Assembly (NCBI GenBank): GCA_045656005.1
Contig: JAZOQG010000032.1
Coordinates: forward strand, 1,438 to 65,437
DNA length: 64,000 nt
Reading direction: 5' to 3'
Source of the DNA: Clostridia bacterium
GTDB taxonomy: Bacteria > Bacillota > Clostridia > UMGS1883 > UMGS1540
This document shows, in pieces, positions 19,523 to 30,568 of the stretch (within the stretch, counting starts at the first letter, position 1; each line of letters begins with the position of its first letter). A model generated the notes under the pieces. The model searched no databases and was not told the DNA's origin. It saw nothing but the letters and a program-made list of their open reading frames with translations. The position numbers and the translations under genes were made by a program.

Positions 19523-21679
19523 TTGGAGGTCAATTTGGATATAGTTGCAATTTTGTCTGCAGAGCTTGAAAAAGAAGTGCAGCACATTAAAAATGTTATA
19601 GATTTAATAGATGATGGAAATACAATTCCATTTATTGCCCGTTACAGAAAAGAAATGACGGGGACAATGGATGATGTTACACTCCGAAAGCTTTATGACA
19701 GACTGTTGTATTTAAGAGGAATGCAGGAAAGACAAGAGGCGGTTATAAGGCTTATTGACGAGCAGGGAAAACTCACACCTGAACTTGAGGAGAAAATCCT
19801 TTCTGCAAAAACAATGCAGGAAATTGAAGACTTATATAGACCCTATAAGCAGAAAAAGCACACTCGTGCTTCAAAAGCAAAGGAAAGGGGACTTGAGCCT
19901 TTGGCAGAGTTTCTTCTCCTTCGTCAAAATGCTGATGTAGAAGAAAAAGCGAAAGAATTTATAAACGAAGAAAAAGACGTTAAGTCTTTCGAGGAAGCCT
20001 TGCAAGGTGCAATGGATATAATAGCAGAGTCGGTTTCGGATAATGCGGCTTACAGAAAATTTATAAGAGCCTGCTTTATAAGAGAAGGCATTTTAAAAAG
20101 CAGTTGCAAAGATGAGGAAAAGCGGACATATGAGATGTATTTCGATTTTTCCCAGCCTGTAAAAAAAGCGGCAAACCACAGAGTTTTAGCAATTAACAGA
20201 GGTGAAGCCGAGGGTGCTCTTACGGTTAAAATTGAAGAGCCGAAAGAAGATATCATAAAAAGCATTGAAAAAGATATGCTCCGAGGAGACACTACTCCTT
20301 GCGACAAATATATTTCTCTCGCAATAGAAGACGGATATCAAAGACTTATCCGCCCGTCTGTTGAAAACGAAGTAAGAAACTTTTTGACTGACAGAGCGGG
20401 CGATGCGGCAATAGGAATTTTTTCAGAAAATCTTAAAAATCTTTTAATGCAGCCACCGCTTAAGGAAAGAGTTATATTGGGACTTGACCCTGCGTACAGA
20501 ACAGGATGCAAGATAGCAGTTGTAGATGCGGCATCAAAGGTAATTGCAACGACTGTCATTTTCCCATTTATGTCCGACAGTAAAAGGGACGAGGCTAAAA
20601 AAAGCATTTTAAATCTTATTGATAAATATAATGTTGAAATAATAGCAATAGGTAACGGAACGGCTTCAAAAGAAAGTGAAATATTTGTTTGCGAAGTAAT
20701 CGAAGAATGTGAAAAACAGCTTTACTATATGGTTGTAAGTGAGGCGGGGGCATCGGTTTATTCTGCATCGGAACTGGGTGCTGAGGAATTTCCTGATTTT
20801 GATGTATCGCTTCGAAGTGCAGTTTCAATCGCAAGAAGGCTTATAGACCCGCTTTCGGAGCTTGTAAAAATAGACCCGAAGGCAATAGGGGTAGGTCAGT
20901 ATCAGCATGACATGGAACAGAAAAAACTTGACGAAAGCCTTCGTGGAGTTGTTGAAGGGTGTGTAAACAGTGTAGGGGTAAACCTTAATACTGCGTCAGT
21001 TTCACTTCTTTCCTATGTTGCAGGAATTAACAAAAGTATATCGAAAAATATTGTTGACTTCCGTGAGCAGGAGGGCAGATTTAAAAATATAAATCAGCTT
21101 AAAAAGGTCAAAAAACTCGGGGAGAAAACATTTACCCAATGTGCAGGCTTTTTGAGAATTACTGATGGAGAAAACATTCTTGATAACACAGGTGTTCACC
21201 CTGAAAGCTATAAAAAAACAGAGAAAATGCTTTCGGTTTTGGGCTTTACCGATGAAGATGTTAAAGAGCAGAATTTAAAGGATTTGCCTGAAAGACTTAA
21301 AAAATATGGAAAAGAAAAAATGGCGGAGGAACTTGAAATTGGTGAAATATCACTAACAGATATTGTCACAGAGCTTTTAAAACCCGGAAGGGATATAAGA
21401 GATACTCTTCCAAAGCCACAGCTTATGAGCACACTTCTTGATATAAAGGATTTAAAAGAAGGAATGATTATAACGGGAACTGTGCGAAATGTAACGGATT
21501 TTGGTGCGTTTGTTGACATCGGAGTGCATCAGGACGGACTTGTGCACATATCTAATATAAGCGACAAATTTATTTCTCACCCAACAGATGTTTTAAAGGT
21601 TGGTGACATTGTAAAAGTAAAAGTCATCGGTGTGGAAATCGACAGAAAAAGAATTTCTCTTACTATGAAGGAAATATAG
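19523..21679 (+). CDS. tex: Transcription accessory protein Tex
   Basis: TIPFIARYRKE motif, YqgF-like and HhH regions, and a C-terminal S1 domain (ITGTVRNVTDFGAFVDIG). The start may be the TTG at 19535, after GGAGG. Confidence 0.85.
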   Translation: MEVNLDIVAILSAELEKEVQHIKNVIDLIDDGNTIPFIARYRKEMTGTMDDVTLRKLYDRLLYLRGMQERQEAVIRLIDEQGKLTPELEEKILSAKTMQEIEDLYRPYKQKKHTRASKAKERGLEPLAEFLLLRQNADVEEKAKEFINEEKDVKSFEEALQGAMDIIAESVSDNAAYRKFIRACFIREGILKSSCKDEEKRTYEMYFDFSQPVKKAANHRVLAINRGEAEGALTVKIEEPKEDIIKSIEKDMLRGDTTPCDKYISLAIEDGYQRLIRPSVENEVRNFLTDRAGDAAIGIFSENLKNLLMQPPLKERVILGLDPAYRTGCKIAVVDAASKVIATTVIFPFMSDSKRDEAKKSILNLIDKYNVEIIAIGNGTASKESEIFVCEVIEECEKQLYYMVVSEAGASVYSASELGAEEFPDFDVSLRSAVSIARRLIDPLSELVKIDPKAIGVGQYQHDMEQKKLDESLRGVVEGCVNSVGVNLNTASVSLLSYVAGINKSISKNIVDFREQEGRFKNINQLKKVKKLGEKTFTQCAGFLRITDGENILDNTGVHPESYKKTEKMLSVLGFTDEDVKEQNLKDLPERLKKYGKEKMAEELEIGEISLTDIVTELLKPGRDIRDTLPKPQLMSTLLDIKDLKEGMIITGTVRNVTDFGAFVDIGVHQDGLVHISNISDKFISHPTDVLKVGDIVKVKVIGVEIDRKRISLTMKEI

Positions 21680-21689
21680 GAGATAAGAA

Positions 21690-23216
21690 ATGATTTACAA
21701 AGTAAAATCATGCGCACTTTCAGGACTTGACGGACACATGGTTGAGGTTGAGGCAGATGCTTCAATGGGACTTCCTGCATTTGATGTAGTAGGTCTTCCT
21801 GATACTGCCGTGAAAGAGTCGAAGGAAAGAGTGAGAGCGGCAATTAAAAACTGCGGTTTCGAATTTCCTGCAAAGAGATATACTATTAATCTTGCACCTT
21901 CAAGCATTAAGAAAGAGGGAAGTATTTACGACCTTCCGATTGCAGTTGCACTTTTGGGGGCAACGGGTCAGCTTGACGGAAAAACTGACGAATATGTAAT
22001 CATGGGCGAGCTTTCGCTTTCCGGTGAGGTGAGAGGAGTTGCAGGAGTTTTGCCTGCGGTGCTCTCTGCCATCGAAAAAGGCTATAAACGTTTTATTGTT
22101 CCGCCCCAGAATGCTTACGAGGCGGCATTGGCAAAAGGTGCCGAGGTTTATGCCGCAAAAAATTTACATGAATGCACAGAGTTTTTGTGCGGAAAAGCGG
22201 AAATACCAAAAACTGAGGTTGATATAGAAAAGCTCATATATGAAAACGCAGAGTATGATGCAGATTTTTCTCAGGTAAAAGGGCAGAGTGCGGCAAAAAG
22301 AGCACTTGAAATTACTGCGGCAGGGGGACACAACTGCCTGCTTATAGGAACACCGGGGTCGGGAAAGAGTATGCTTGCAAAAAGGCTTCCTTCCATTTTG
22401 CCTGACATGACAATAGAAGAAGCTCTTGAAACTACAAAAATTTATTCCGTTGCAGGACTTTTGAAGGATAAAGGCGAACTTATAACAAAAAGGCCCTTTC
22501 GTTCTCCGCATCACACAATTTCGACAATAGGACTTGTGGGCGGCGGTTCAATGCCAAAGCCGGGAGAACTTTCGCTTTCACATAACGGTGTGCTGTTTCT
22601 TGATGAGCTTCCTGAATTTAAAAAGGATGCCACAGAGGTTATGCGTCAGCCTATGGAAGACGGGAAGGTTAATATTACAAGAGTGTCGGCGAGTGTTTCA
22701 TATCCTTGCAAAACAATGGTTGTTGCGGCAATGAATCCATGTAAATGCGGCTACTATGGTGACGGAAGCGGAAAATGCCGCTGCAGCGAGGCAAGTATCA
22801 GGAGATATTTGTCGAGAGTGAGCGGTCCTCTTCTTGACAGAATTGATATTTGTGTTGAGGCTTTATCAATTACATACGGAGAACTTAAAAACCGCGGTGG
22901 AGAAACTTCCGCAGAGATTAAGAAAAGAGTTGTTGCGGCAAGGAAAATTCAGAACGCAAGATATAAAGATGAACCATTCTTCTCAAATTCCGCACTCGAA
23001 GGCGATAAGATTGAAAAATATTGCGTTCTTACAAAAAATGCAGAAATGCTTTTGAAAAATGCATATTCCTCAATGTCTTTAAGTGCAAGAGGATATTCAA
23101 GGATTTTAAAAGTTGCCCGTACTATTGCAGACCTTGAAGGAAGCGAAAAAATAAACGAAATGCACATTGCAGAGGCAATTTCGTACAGAAGTGTTGACAA
23201 AAAGTTCTGGAACTGA
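21690..23216 (+). CDS. comM: YifB/ComM family Mg-chelatase-like AAA+ ATPase
   Basis: N-terminal Lon-protease-like domain and AAA+ Walker A GTPGSGKSMLAKR; 508 aa. Confidence 0.85.
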   Translation: MIYKVKSCALSGLDGHMVEVEADASMGLPAFDVVGLPDTAVKESKERVRAAIKNCGFEFPAKRYTINLAPSSIKKEGSIYDLPIAVALLGATGQLDGKTDEYVIMGELSLSGEVRGVAGVLPAVLSAIEKGYKRFIVPPQNAYEAALAKGAEVYAAKNLHECTEFLCGKAEIPKTEVDIEKLIYENAEYDADFSQVKGQSAAKRALEITAAGGHNCLLIGTPGSGKSMLAKRLPSILPDMTIEEALETTKIYSVAGLLKDKGELITKRPFRSPHHTISTIGLVGGGSMPKPGELSLSHNGVLFLDELPEFKKDATEVMRQPMEDGKVNITRVSASVSYPCKTMVVAAMNPCKCGYYGDGSGKCRCSEASIRRYLSRVSGPLLDRIDICVEALSITYGELKNRGGETSAEIKKRVVAARKIQNARYKDEPFFSNSALEGDKIEKYCVLTKNAEMLLKNAYSSMSLSARGYSRILKVARTIADLEGSEKINEMHIAEAISYRSVDKKFWN

Positions 23217-23230
23217 TGGAGGGGAAAATA

Positions 23231-23650
23231 ATGGTGTTTTATTCCGAAAGCCCTAGGGAAACAGAAAAAATTGCATATGATTTGGCTAAAAAGGTGACAG
23301 TTCCTGTGACTTTCTGCCTAAAGGGAGATTTGGGAGCAGGCAAAACAGCATTTACCAGAGGACTCGCGAAGGGTTTTGGATATGATGCCAGAGTTTCAAG
23401 TCCCACATTTACCATTATGAATGTTTATGAAGGGGAAGTGCCCATATACCATTTTGATTTATACAGACTTTCCGACATTGAGGAGCTTTATGATTTAGGC
23501 TTTGAGCCTGCGAAAAAGTCGGTAACAGTAGCAGAGTGGTACGAGGGGTATGAAGAATTTTTTGAGGGTGACAATATTTTGTATGTCAATATAGAACGTA
23601 TCGACTTTGAAGACAAGAGAAAAATTGAGATAAGTGAGAGTGTGAAATGA
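23231..23650 (+). CDS. tsaE: tRNA t6A biosynthesis ATPase TsaE (YjeE)
   Basis: P-loop GDLGAGKTAFTRGLAKGFG. A GGAGGGG RBS precedes the ATG at 23231. Confidence 0.8.
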   Translation: MVFYSESPRETEKIAYDLAKKVTVPVTFCLKGDLGAGKTAFTRGLAKGFGYDARVSSPTFTIMNVYEGEVPIYHFDLYRLSDIEELYDLGFEPAKKSVTVAEWYEGYEEFFEGDNILYVNIERIDFEDKRKIEISESVK

Positions 23651-24339
23651 TTATACTTGGAGTTGAATGCAGTGCTCTTTCGGCAGGTGCGGCAGTTTTG
23701 GAGAACGGAAAGCTTGTGGCGGAAAACTTTGTAAACTGCGGACTTACCCATTCGGAAACATTGATGCCGATGATAGACAGTGCACTTAAAATGGCAGGCA
23801 AGGATATAGATGATGTTGACCTTATTGCGGTGTCAGACGGACCAGGCTCATTTACGGGGCTTCGTATAGGAATAGGAACCGTCAAAGGACTTGCCATGGG
23901 AGCAGGGAAAAAGGTTTTGGGAGTTTCTCCCCTTCGTGCACTTTGCTTTGGAGTAAAAGGCTTTGGCGGAAAAATTGCAGCTTTAATGGATGCAAGACGC
24001 GGGCAGGTTTACTGCGCAGTATATAAATGGGAAAGTGACAAATTAACTGAAATCACGGAGCCTTCTGCGATGCCACTTTCAGAGCTTCTTATGTCGCTTA
24101 AAGACGAAGAAGTGATGTATGTAGGTGACGGTGCATCAGCATTTAAAGAAGAAATAAAAGAAAAACAAGGAAACAATGCGTATTTCCCTTCGGAGAGCTT
24201 TTTGTTTCAGCGTGCCTCATTTATTGCGGCGGCGGCAGAAGGCCATGAAGGAATTGATGAAAAGCTTTTACAGCCCTTTTATTTAAGACGCCCTCAGGCA
24301 GAGCGCGAAAGACTGGAAAAGGGACAAAATATAGAATAA
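23647..24339 (+). CDS. tsaB: tRNA t6A biosynthesis protein TsaB (YeaZ)
   Basis: MIILGVECSALSAGAAVL ... SDGPGSFTGLRIGIGTVKGLA, the inactive Kae1/TsaD homolog signature. Confidence 0.8.
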   Translation: MIILGVECSALSAGAAVLENGKLVAENFVNCGLTHSETLMPMIDSALKMAGKDIDDVDLIAVSDGPGSFTGLRIGIGTVKGLAMGAGKKVLGVSPLRALCFGVKGFGGKIAALMDARRGQVYCAVYKWESDKLTEITEPSAMPLSELLMSLKDEEVMYVGDGASAFKEEIKEKQGNNAYFPSESFLFQRASFIAAAAEGHEGIDEKLLQPFYLRRPQAERERLEKGQNIE

Positions 24340-24364
24340 AAAATTTTGAAAGGCGGTTTTAAAA

Positions 24365-24802
24365 ATGATAGCAATCGGATGCGACCACGGAGGTTACATA
24401 CTCAAAGATACTGTTATAAAGTATCTTGAGGCAAAAGGATTTAAGACAAAGGATTTCGGATGCAATGGCGAAAGCTGTGATTATCCCGATATCGCATTAC
24501 CCGTAGCGGAAAGCGTTGCAAGCGGAGAATGTGACAGAGGAATACTTATCTGCGGCACGGGAATCGGCATGAGCATTGCGGCAAACAAAGTAAAGGGAAT
24601 AAGAGCGGCTGTTGCAGGCGAGAGCACAAGTGCAGGACTTACAAAGGAGCACAACAATTCAAACATTTTGTGCATAGGCGCAAGAGTAACAGGCGAAATT
24701 TTGGCACTTGAGCTTATTGACGCATGGATTTTCTCCGAATTTGCAGGCGGCAGACATCAGACAAGAATTGACAAAATTGCAAAATACGAAGAAAACAGAT
24801 AA
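24365..24802 (+). CDS. rpiB: Ribose-5-phosphate isomerase B
   Basis: MIAIGCDHGGY and GTGIGMSIAANK motifs of the RpiB/LacAB family. Confidence 0.9.
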   Translation: MIAIGCDHGGYILKDTVIKYLEAKGFKTKDFGCNGESCDYPDIALPVAESVASGECDRGILICGTGIGMSIAANKVKGIRAAVAGESTSAGLTKEHNNSNILCIGARVTGEILALELIDAWIFSEFAGGRHQTRIDKIAKYEENR

Positions 24803-24829
24803 GTTTTAATTGAAGGGAATGGTAAAATT

Positions 24830-25288
24830 ATGAAGTGTCCTTACTGCGGTTTTGAAGAAAGCAAGGTTATAGATTCACGTCCTGTTGAAGACTCTAGTGC
24901 AATTAGAAGGCGCAGAGAGTGCATTAAATGCGAGAAGCGTTTTACCACTTATGAAAAAATTGAACGTGTGCCGATAATGGTTATTAAAAAAGACAAATCG
25001 AGAGAGGCTTTTTCGCCTGAGAAACTCTTAAGCGGTCTTTTGAAAGCATGCGAAAAAAGACCTGTACCGACAGAAAAACTTGAAAAAATGGTGTATGAAA
25101 TAGAAAATATTATTGCAAACACCATGGAAAGAGAAATAACAACTGTCCAGATAGGCGAGCTTGTTATGGACAAACTCAAAACCATCGACCAGGTGGCTTA
25201 TGTTCGTTTTGCGTCGGTTTACAGAGAGTTTAAAGATATCAACACGTTTATGGAAGAGCTTAACATGCTGCTTCGTGACAAAAAATAA
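24830..25288 (+). CDS. nrdR: Transcriptional repressor NrdR
   Basis: MKCPYCG...[12 protein letters not shown] zinc ribbon plus an ATP-cone; 152 aa. Confidence 0.9.
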   Translation: MKCPYCGFEESKVIDSRPVEDSSAIRRRRECIKCEKRFTTYEKIERVPIMVIKKDKSREAFSPEKLLSGLLKACEKRPVPTEKLEKMVYEIENIIANTMEREITTVQIGELVMDKLKTIDQVAYVRFASVYREFKDINTFMEELNMLLRDKK

Positions 25289-25543
25289 TTATTTTGGAGT
25301 ATATTTTAAAATAAAATCCCTTGCATACTGCGTGTAAACTGAAATGTCAGGAGTATATGTAAGCGAGGATTTTATTTTCTCAAAAACAAAAGGCACATTT
25401 TGTTTTGCAAAATATACTGCCAGTAAAAGAAAAAGTGAAGCGGTTATCTGTAAAATTAATTTATATTTTGTGGATAGCCGCCTTCTTTGTTTGTTTTTCA
25501 AAAATATCACCCCCATTAAGATTATGATTGGAAAGAGAAAAAA

Positions 25544-26857
25544 ATGATTTATTCACCTGTATTTGAAATGCTTAAAAAATATACTTCCCAAAATGCTGAC
25601 AGATATCACATGCCGGGTCACAAGGGAGAAGGAGTGCTTTTTGACGGAGTTGGGGCAGACCTTGTGAAGATGGATGTGACAGAGCTTGATTTTACTGATA
25701 ATATATTAAATCCTCAAAATGCATTTTTAGAGGCACAAAGCCTTATGGCAAAAAGGTGCAAAAGTATAAAGAGCTTTTTTTTAAGCGGAGGGTCAACACA
25801 GGGAAATCACACCATGATAATGTCCGCTATTAAAGATGGCGAAAAGATTTTAGTGGACAGATTTTGCCATATATCAGTTCTTTCTGCCTTGGCACTTTCG
25901 GGTGCTACCCCTGTTTTTATTGAAAATGAATATGCAGATGAATGTGGAGTTTTAGGATGCGTAAGTGAAGAAAACCTAAAAAAAGCGGTGGCAGAAAATC
26001 CTGATGCAAAGGCAGTTTTTGTAACAAGTCCAAATTCGTATGGTCAGGTGTCCCCGCTTCGTAAAATTTCAAAAATATGCAAAGAAAACGAAATGCTTTT
26101 GCTTGTTGATGAGGCTCACGGAGCTCATTTTCCGTTTTCTGATATGCTGCCTGAAAGTGCAATGGAGCAGGGTGCAGATGCATCTGTTATAAGCTATCAC
26201 AAAACAATCCCATCGCTTACTCAATGTGCAGTTTTAAATATCGGAAACTCTGCTCTTTTGAAAAAAGCAGAGGAAACACTTCACATGCTTATTACATCAA
26301 GCTCTTCCTTTTTGCTTATGGCATCAATTGATTACGGCAGGGCATATATGGAAGAAGTCGGCAAAGAGAACATGGAAAAACTTATAAAAATTATAAAAGA
26401 GAATACTCCGAAAAATGTTTTGAAAACAGATGACATTATGAGAATTGTGGTAAGGTGTGACGGAGAAAAGTCTCTTGAAATTTTGAGAGAAGAAAAAATA
26501 GAGCCTGAAATGTACGGGAAAGGACTTATGGTGTTTATCGTAACCGCCGCTGACAGCGAAGAAAAAGTGTTAAGACTTTTGAAAATTTTGAAAAAATTGC
26601 CTGAAACTGATTTTAAAGCCGAAAAAATTCCTCATGGAAAATTAAAACTTACACCGAGAGAAACTTATTATGCAGAAAGTACGCTTTGTCACATTGATAA
26701 ATCACTAGGCAAAATTTCAAAAAAAGCAATTTATGCATATCCTCCCGGCGTTGCCGCAGTACTTCCTGGAAGTATTATTGATGAAGATGTTATAAACTTT
26801 ATAAAAAACAATAATCTTATCGGAAAGCAAAACAATCAAATAGAAATAATCATTTAG
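25544..26857 (+). CDS. Orn/Lys/Arg decarboxylase family PLP-dependent enzyme
   Basis: YHMPGHKGEG N-terminal motif and SYHKT (PLP lysine) typical of the OKR_DC_1 family. Confidence 0.7.
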   Translation: MIYSPVFEMLKKYTSQNADRYHMPGHKGEGVLFDGVGADLVKMDVTELDFTDNILNPQNAFLEAQSLMAKRCKSIKSFFLSGGSTQGNHTMIMSAIKDGEKILVDRFCHISVLSALALSGATPVFIENEYADECGVLGCVSEENLKKAVAENPDAKAVFVTSPNSYGQVSPLRKISKICKENEMLLLVDEAHGAHFPFSDMLPESAMEQGADASVISYHKTIPSLTQCAVLNIGNSALLKKAEETLHMLITSSSSFLLMASIDYGRAYMEEVGKENMEKLIKIIKENTPKNVLKTDDIMRIVVRCDGEKSLEILREEKIEPEMYGKGLMVFIVTAADSEEKVLRLLKILKKLPETDFKAEKIPHGKLKLTPRETYYAESTLCHIDKSLGKISKKAIYAYPPGVAAVLPGSIIDEDVINFIKNNNLIGKQNNQIEIII

Positions 26858-26935
26858 GAATGTTTTTTTACATTCCTTTTTTTATTTAGAAGTAATAAAC
26901 TGTCCAAAATTGGAAACAATTAAATCTAGTAAGTA

Positions 26936-27985
26936 TTGAAAGGAATGATTTTTTTGAAAAAAAGACTTATTGCATTTATAGTTTGTGCATTAATTTTTGC
27001 ACTATGCGGTTGCAGTGGCACGGGCGGTGCAGATGAAAACGGAGGGGCTACTCTCACCGAAAATAACACCATGCCCAAAATAGGTGTTTGTATATATAAG
27101 TACGACGATACTTATATTTCAACTGTCCGTCAGTCGCTTGAAAAAGCGGCACAGGGCAGAGCAACACTTTTTTTAAATGACGGTAAGAGCGACCAGGGAA
27201 CACAAAACGACCAGATAGACCTCCTTCTTGAAAAGGGGGTTGATGCACTTTTGGTAAATATCGTTGATGTAGGTGCGGCATCCTCTGTTGTAAGCAAGGC
27301 AAAAAATGCGGGAGTACCCCTTATTTTCTTTAACCGAGAGCCTGCCGAGGATGTTTTAAAATCCTATGACAAGGCAAGATTTATTGGAACAAATGCAAAG
27401 GATGCAGGTATAATTCAGGGCGAAATTATTGCAGATGCATGGAAAAACGGAAATTATGACACAAATGGTGACGGTGTTATGCAATATGTAATGTTCAAAG
27501 GCGAGCCTGATAACCCTGAAGCCGTTGCAAGAACAGAGTATTCAATTAAATCGGCAGAAGAAAACGGAGTAAAATGTGAGCAGCTTGAACTTCAGGTTTG
27601 TAACTGGGATACAGAGCTTGCAAACCGTGCAATGGAAGCATGGCTTTCAAAATATGGAAACAAGATTGAATTTGTCGTAGCAAATAACGATGGAATGGCG
27701 CAGGGAGCTATAGCAGCACTTCAGGCGGCAGGCTTTAATAAAGGAGGAGATTCCCCGTTTATTCCTGTTGTAGGGGTTGATGCAACAGATGCCGCAAAAG
27801 AACTTATTTCCAAAAAATATATGACAGGAACAGTTTTGCAGGACGGGGAAGAGATGGGCAAGATTTTGTTTGCGGCAGCAATGAATGCGGCGGAAGGTAA
27901 AGAATACCTTGAAGGTACAGGCTATGAATATGACGAAAGTTTGGTTTCTGTAAGAATTCCTTATAAACCTTACAGCGGAAAATAA
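26936..27985 (+). CDS. mglB: Sugar (galactose/glucose-type) ABC transporter substrate-binding lipoprotein
   Basis: Lipoprotein signal with LCGCSG lipobox and a periplasmic-binding-protein type I fold. The start may be the TTG at 26954 (MKKRLIAF...), after AAAGGA. Confidence 0.8.
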   Translation: MKGMIFLKKRLIAFIVCALIFALCGCSGTGGADENGGATLTENNTMPKIGVCIYKYDDTYISTVRQSLEKAAQGRATLFLNDGKSDQGTQNDQIDLLLEKGVDALLVNIVDVGAASSVVSKAKNAGVPLIFFNREPAEDVLKSYDKARFIGTNAKDAGIIQGEIIADAWKNGNYDTNGDGVMQYVMFKGEPDNPEAVARTEYSIKSAEENGVKCEQLELQVCNWDTELANRAMEAWLSKYGNKIEFVVANNDGMAQGAIAALQAAGFNKGGDSPFIPVVGVDATDAAKELISKKYMTGTVLQDGEEMGKILFAAAMNAAEGKEYLEGTGYEYDESLVSVRIPYKPYSGK

Positions 27986-28004
27986 TGGCAAAGGATGTGG
28001 CATA

Positions 28005-29498
28005 ATGGAGGAATTTGTGCTTCAGATGAAAGGCATCAGCAAACGCTTTCCGGGTGTTTTGGCACTTGACAAAGTAAATCTCAATTTGAAAAGAGGAAGC
28101 GTTCATGCACTAATGGGTGAAAACGGAGCGGGAAAATCCACTCTTATGAAGTGCCTTTTTGGTGTTTATAAGAAAGATGAAGGTGAAATTTTAATAAATG
28201 GCAAAACCGCCGATTTTAAAAATCCAAGACAGGCACTTGAAAACGGAGTTGCGATGGTGCATCAGGAACTGAATCAAGTGCTTCAGCGCGATGTAATGGA
28301 CAATATGTGGCTTGGAAGATTTCCGCTTAAATATGGTATGATAGACCGTAAAAAAATGTATCACGATACGGAAAATATTTTCAAAGAGCTTGATATAAAT
28401 GTAAGTCCCGAAATGAAGATGTCAAAACTTTCAGTATCTCAAAGGCAAATGGTTGAAATTGCGAAGGCAGTATCTTACGGAGCAAAAATACTTGTGCTTG
28501 ATGAGCCTACATCTTCCCTTACAGAAAGCGAAGCGGAGCATCTTTTTAAAATAATAGGTAAACTTAAAAAAGACGGATGTGCAATTATTTACATTTCGCA
28601 TAAAATGGAGGAAATTTTAAGTATTTCCGATGAAGTTACAATAATGCGTGACGGAAAGTGGATTGCCACGGAGAGTGCAGAAAATCTTACAACTGACAAA
28701 ATAATAAAACTTATGGTAGGAAGGGATTTGAAAAATCGTTTCCCTGAAAAACAAAATGCACCGGGAGAAGTTATTTTAGAGGTAAAAGAGCTTACGGGGA
28801 AATATCAGCCTCGGGTTTTAGATGCATCATTTAATTTAAGAAAAGGCGAAATTTTGGGTGTTGCAGGTCTTGTAGGGTCAAGAAGAACAGAGCTTTTGGA
28901 GCTTTTATTTGGAATAAAGAAAAAAGAAAAGGGGAAAATAATTCTTCATGGCAAAGAAATTGAAAATTTAAGTCCATCTTCTGCAATAAAAAACGGTTTT
29001 GCTCTTTTGACAGAGGAAAGAAGAGCCACAGGAATTTTCGGCGGTCTTGATATAACATTTAATTCAACTATTGCAAATCTTAAAAAATATGTCTTTGCAG
29101 GTGTTTTATCAAAACGTAAAATGCATCGTGACACAGAGTGGGTTATAGATAAAATCAGAGTTAAAACCCCGTCCAAAAGAACATTTATAAGAACTCTTTC
29201 AGGTGGAAATCAGCAAAAGGTACTACTTGGCAGATGGCTTTTGACAACACCTGAAATTCTTCTCCTTGATGAACCTACAAGGGGTATAGATGTTGGGGCA
29301 AAGTTTGAGATATATCAGCTTATTTTAGACCTTGCAAAAGAAAATAAAGGCATAATTATGGTTTCCTCTGAAATGAGCGAACTGCTCGGTATTTGCGACA
29401 GAATAATGATAATGTCAGGCGGAAGGGTTGCAGGTGTGGAGGATACAAAAAACTTAACGCAGGAAAAAATCATGGAGTATGCCGCAAAGTATATTTAA
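28005..29498 (+). CDS. mglA: Sugar ABC transporter ATP-binding protein (tandem ABC domains)
   Basis: Two Walker A motifs (GENGAGKST and a degenerate second), LSGGNQQK signature; 497 aa. Confidence 0.85.
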   Translation: MEEFVLQMKGISKRFPGVLALDKVNLNLKRGSVHALMGENGAGKSTLMKCLFGVYKKDEGEILINGKTADFKNPRQALENGVAMVHQELNQVLQRDVMDNMWLGRFPLKYGMIDRKKMYHDTENIFKELDINVSPEMKMSKLSVSQRQMVEIAKAVSYGAKILVLDEPTSSLTESEAEHLFKIIGKLKKDGCAIIYISHKMEEILSISDEVTIMRDGKWIATESAENLTTDKIIKLMVGRDLKNRFPEKQNAPGEVILEVKELTGKYQPRVLDASFNLRKGEILGVAGLVGSRRTELLELLFGIKKKEKGKIILHGKEIENLSPSSAIKNGFALLTEERRATGIFGGLDITFNSTIANLKKYVFAGVLSKRKMHRDTEWVIDKIRVKTPSKRTFIRTLSGGNQQKVLLGRWLLTTPEILLLDEPTRGIDVGAKFEIYQLILDLAKENKGIIMVSSEMSELLGICDRIMIMSGGRVAGVEDTKNLTQEKIMEYAAKYI

Positions 29499-29510
29499 AG
29501 GAGAGAGATT

Positions 29511-30533
29511 ATGAATACGGAGAGATTAGACAAAAGAAAGATAGGCGATTTTCTTTTAAATTATTCTTTGTATATAGTTTTGGGAGTAATGATTCTGGCG
29601 GTTATTTTAAAAGACCCGTCGTTTATTTCCCTTAAAAATATAACAAACATTTAAAGTCAGGCATCGACAAGGGGAATACTTGCACTTGGTGTTGCAGGCC
29701 TTATAGTTTTGCAGGGTACTGACCTTTCGGCAGGACGAATACTCGGCTTTACGGCAATTTTATCTGCATCGCTTTTGCAATCGGTAGGGTATGCCTCGAG
29801 AATGTATCCGAATCTCCCCCAGCTTCCTTTGTTTATTCCGCTTTTAATTGCAGCGGCGGTGGGAGCGGTATTTGGTGCAATAAACGGTTTTGGTGTTGCA
29901 AAACTTAAGGTACATGCATTTATAATTACCCTCGGAACGCAGCTTATTGCTTACGGGCTTTCCTGCATATATATCGACAGGCCGCCCCTTGGCGCACAGC
30001 CTATTGCAAATTTTGATGAGAGGTACACAAATTTTGTCACAGGGTCACTAAAGCTCGGAAACTTTGAACTTCCATATCTTATAATATATCTTGCCATAAT
30101 TGCCGCTGTAATGTGGTTTATATGGAACAAAACAAGGCTTGGAAGAAATATGTTCGCAATAGGCGGAAACCCTGAAGCTGCGGCAGTTTCAGGAGTAAAC
30201 CTTGCAAAAAATATTATGATAATATTTATTATTTCAGGTATTTTGTATGGCATAGCGGGATTTTTGGAGGCAGGAAGAATAGGCTCTGCTACAAGTAACA
30301 CAGGAATAAACTACGAGCTTGATGCAATTTCTGCATGTGTTGTAGGGGGCGTGTCATTTTCTGGCGGAGTCGGAACGATACCGGGAGTTTTGATAGGAAC
30401 CGTTATTTTGCAGTTTATAAATTACGGACTTAATTTTATAGGTGTAAGCCCGTATCTTCAATATATAATAAAGGGTATAATTATAATTCTTGCAGTTTCA
30501 ATAGATGTCAGAAAATATCTTGTTAAAAAGTAA
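29511..30533 (+). pseudogene. mglC: Sugar ABC transporter permease (MglC/RbsC family) interrupted by an in-frame TAA at 29652-29654
   Basis: The ATG at 29511 (with a GGAGAG RBS) reads MNTERLDKRK...LKNITNI, then TAA, then continues in the same frame as SQASTRGILALGVAGL... This aligns with RbsC ...NILQQTSVNAIMAVG, and the stop falls at the position of a conserved Leu. Confidence 0.7.
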
Positions 30534-30568
30534 ATAAAATATAAAAATCACTCATATAGTTTATATGG

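Noticed and set aside
25289-25547. Small ORFs (75 aa minus strand, 67 aa plus strand) in the nrdR/decarboxylase intergenic region
   Set aside because: They are mutually overlapping, have no clear RBS, and the region more plausibly carries the decarboxylase promoter. I cannot distinguish a real small membrane protein from noise.
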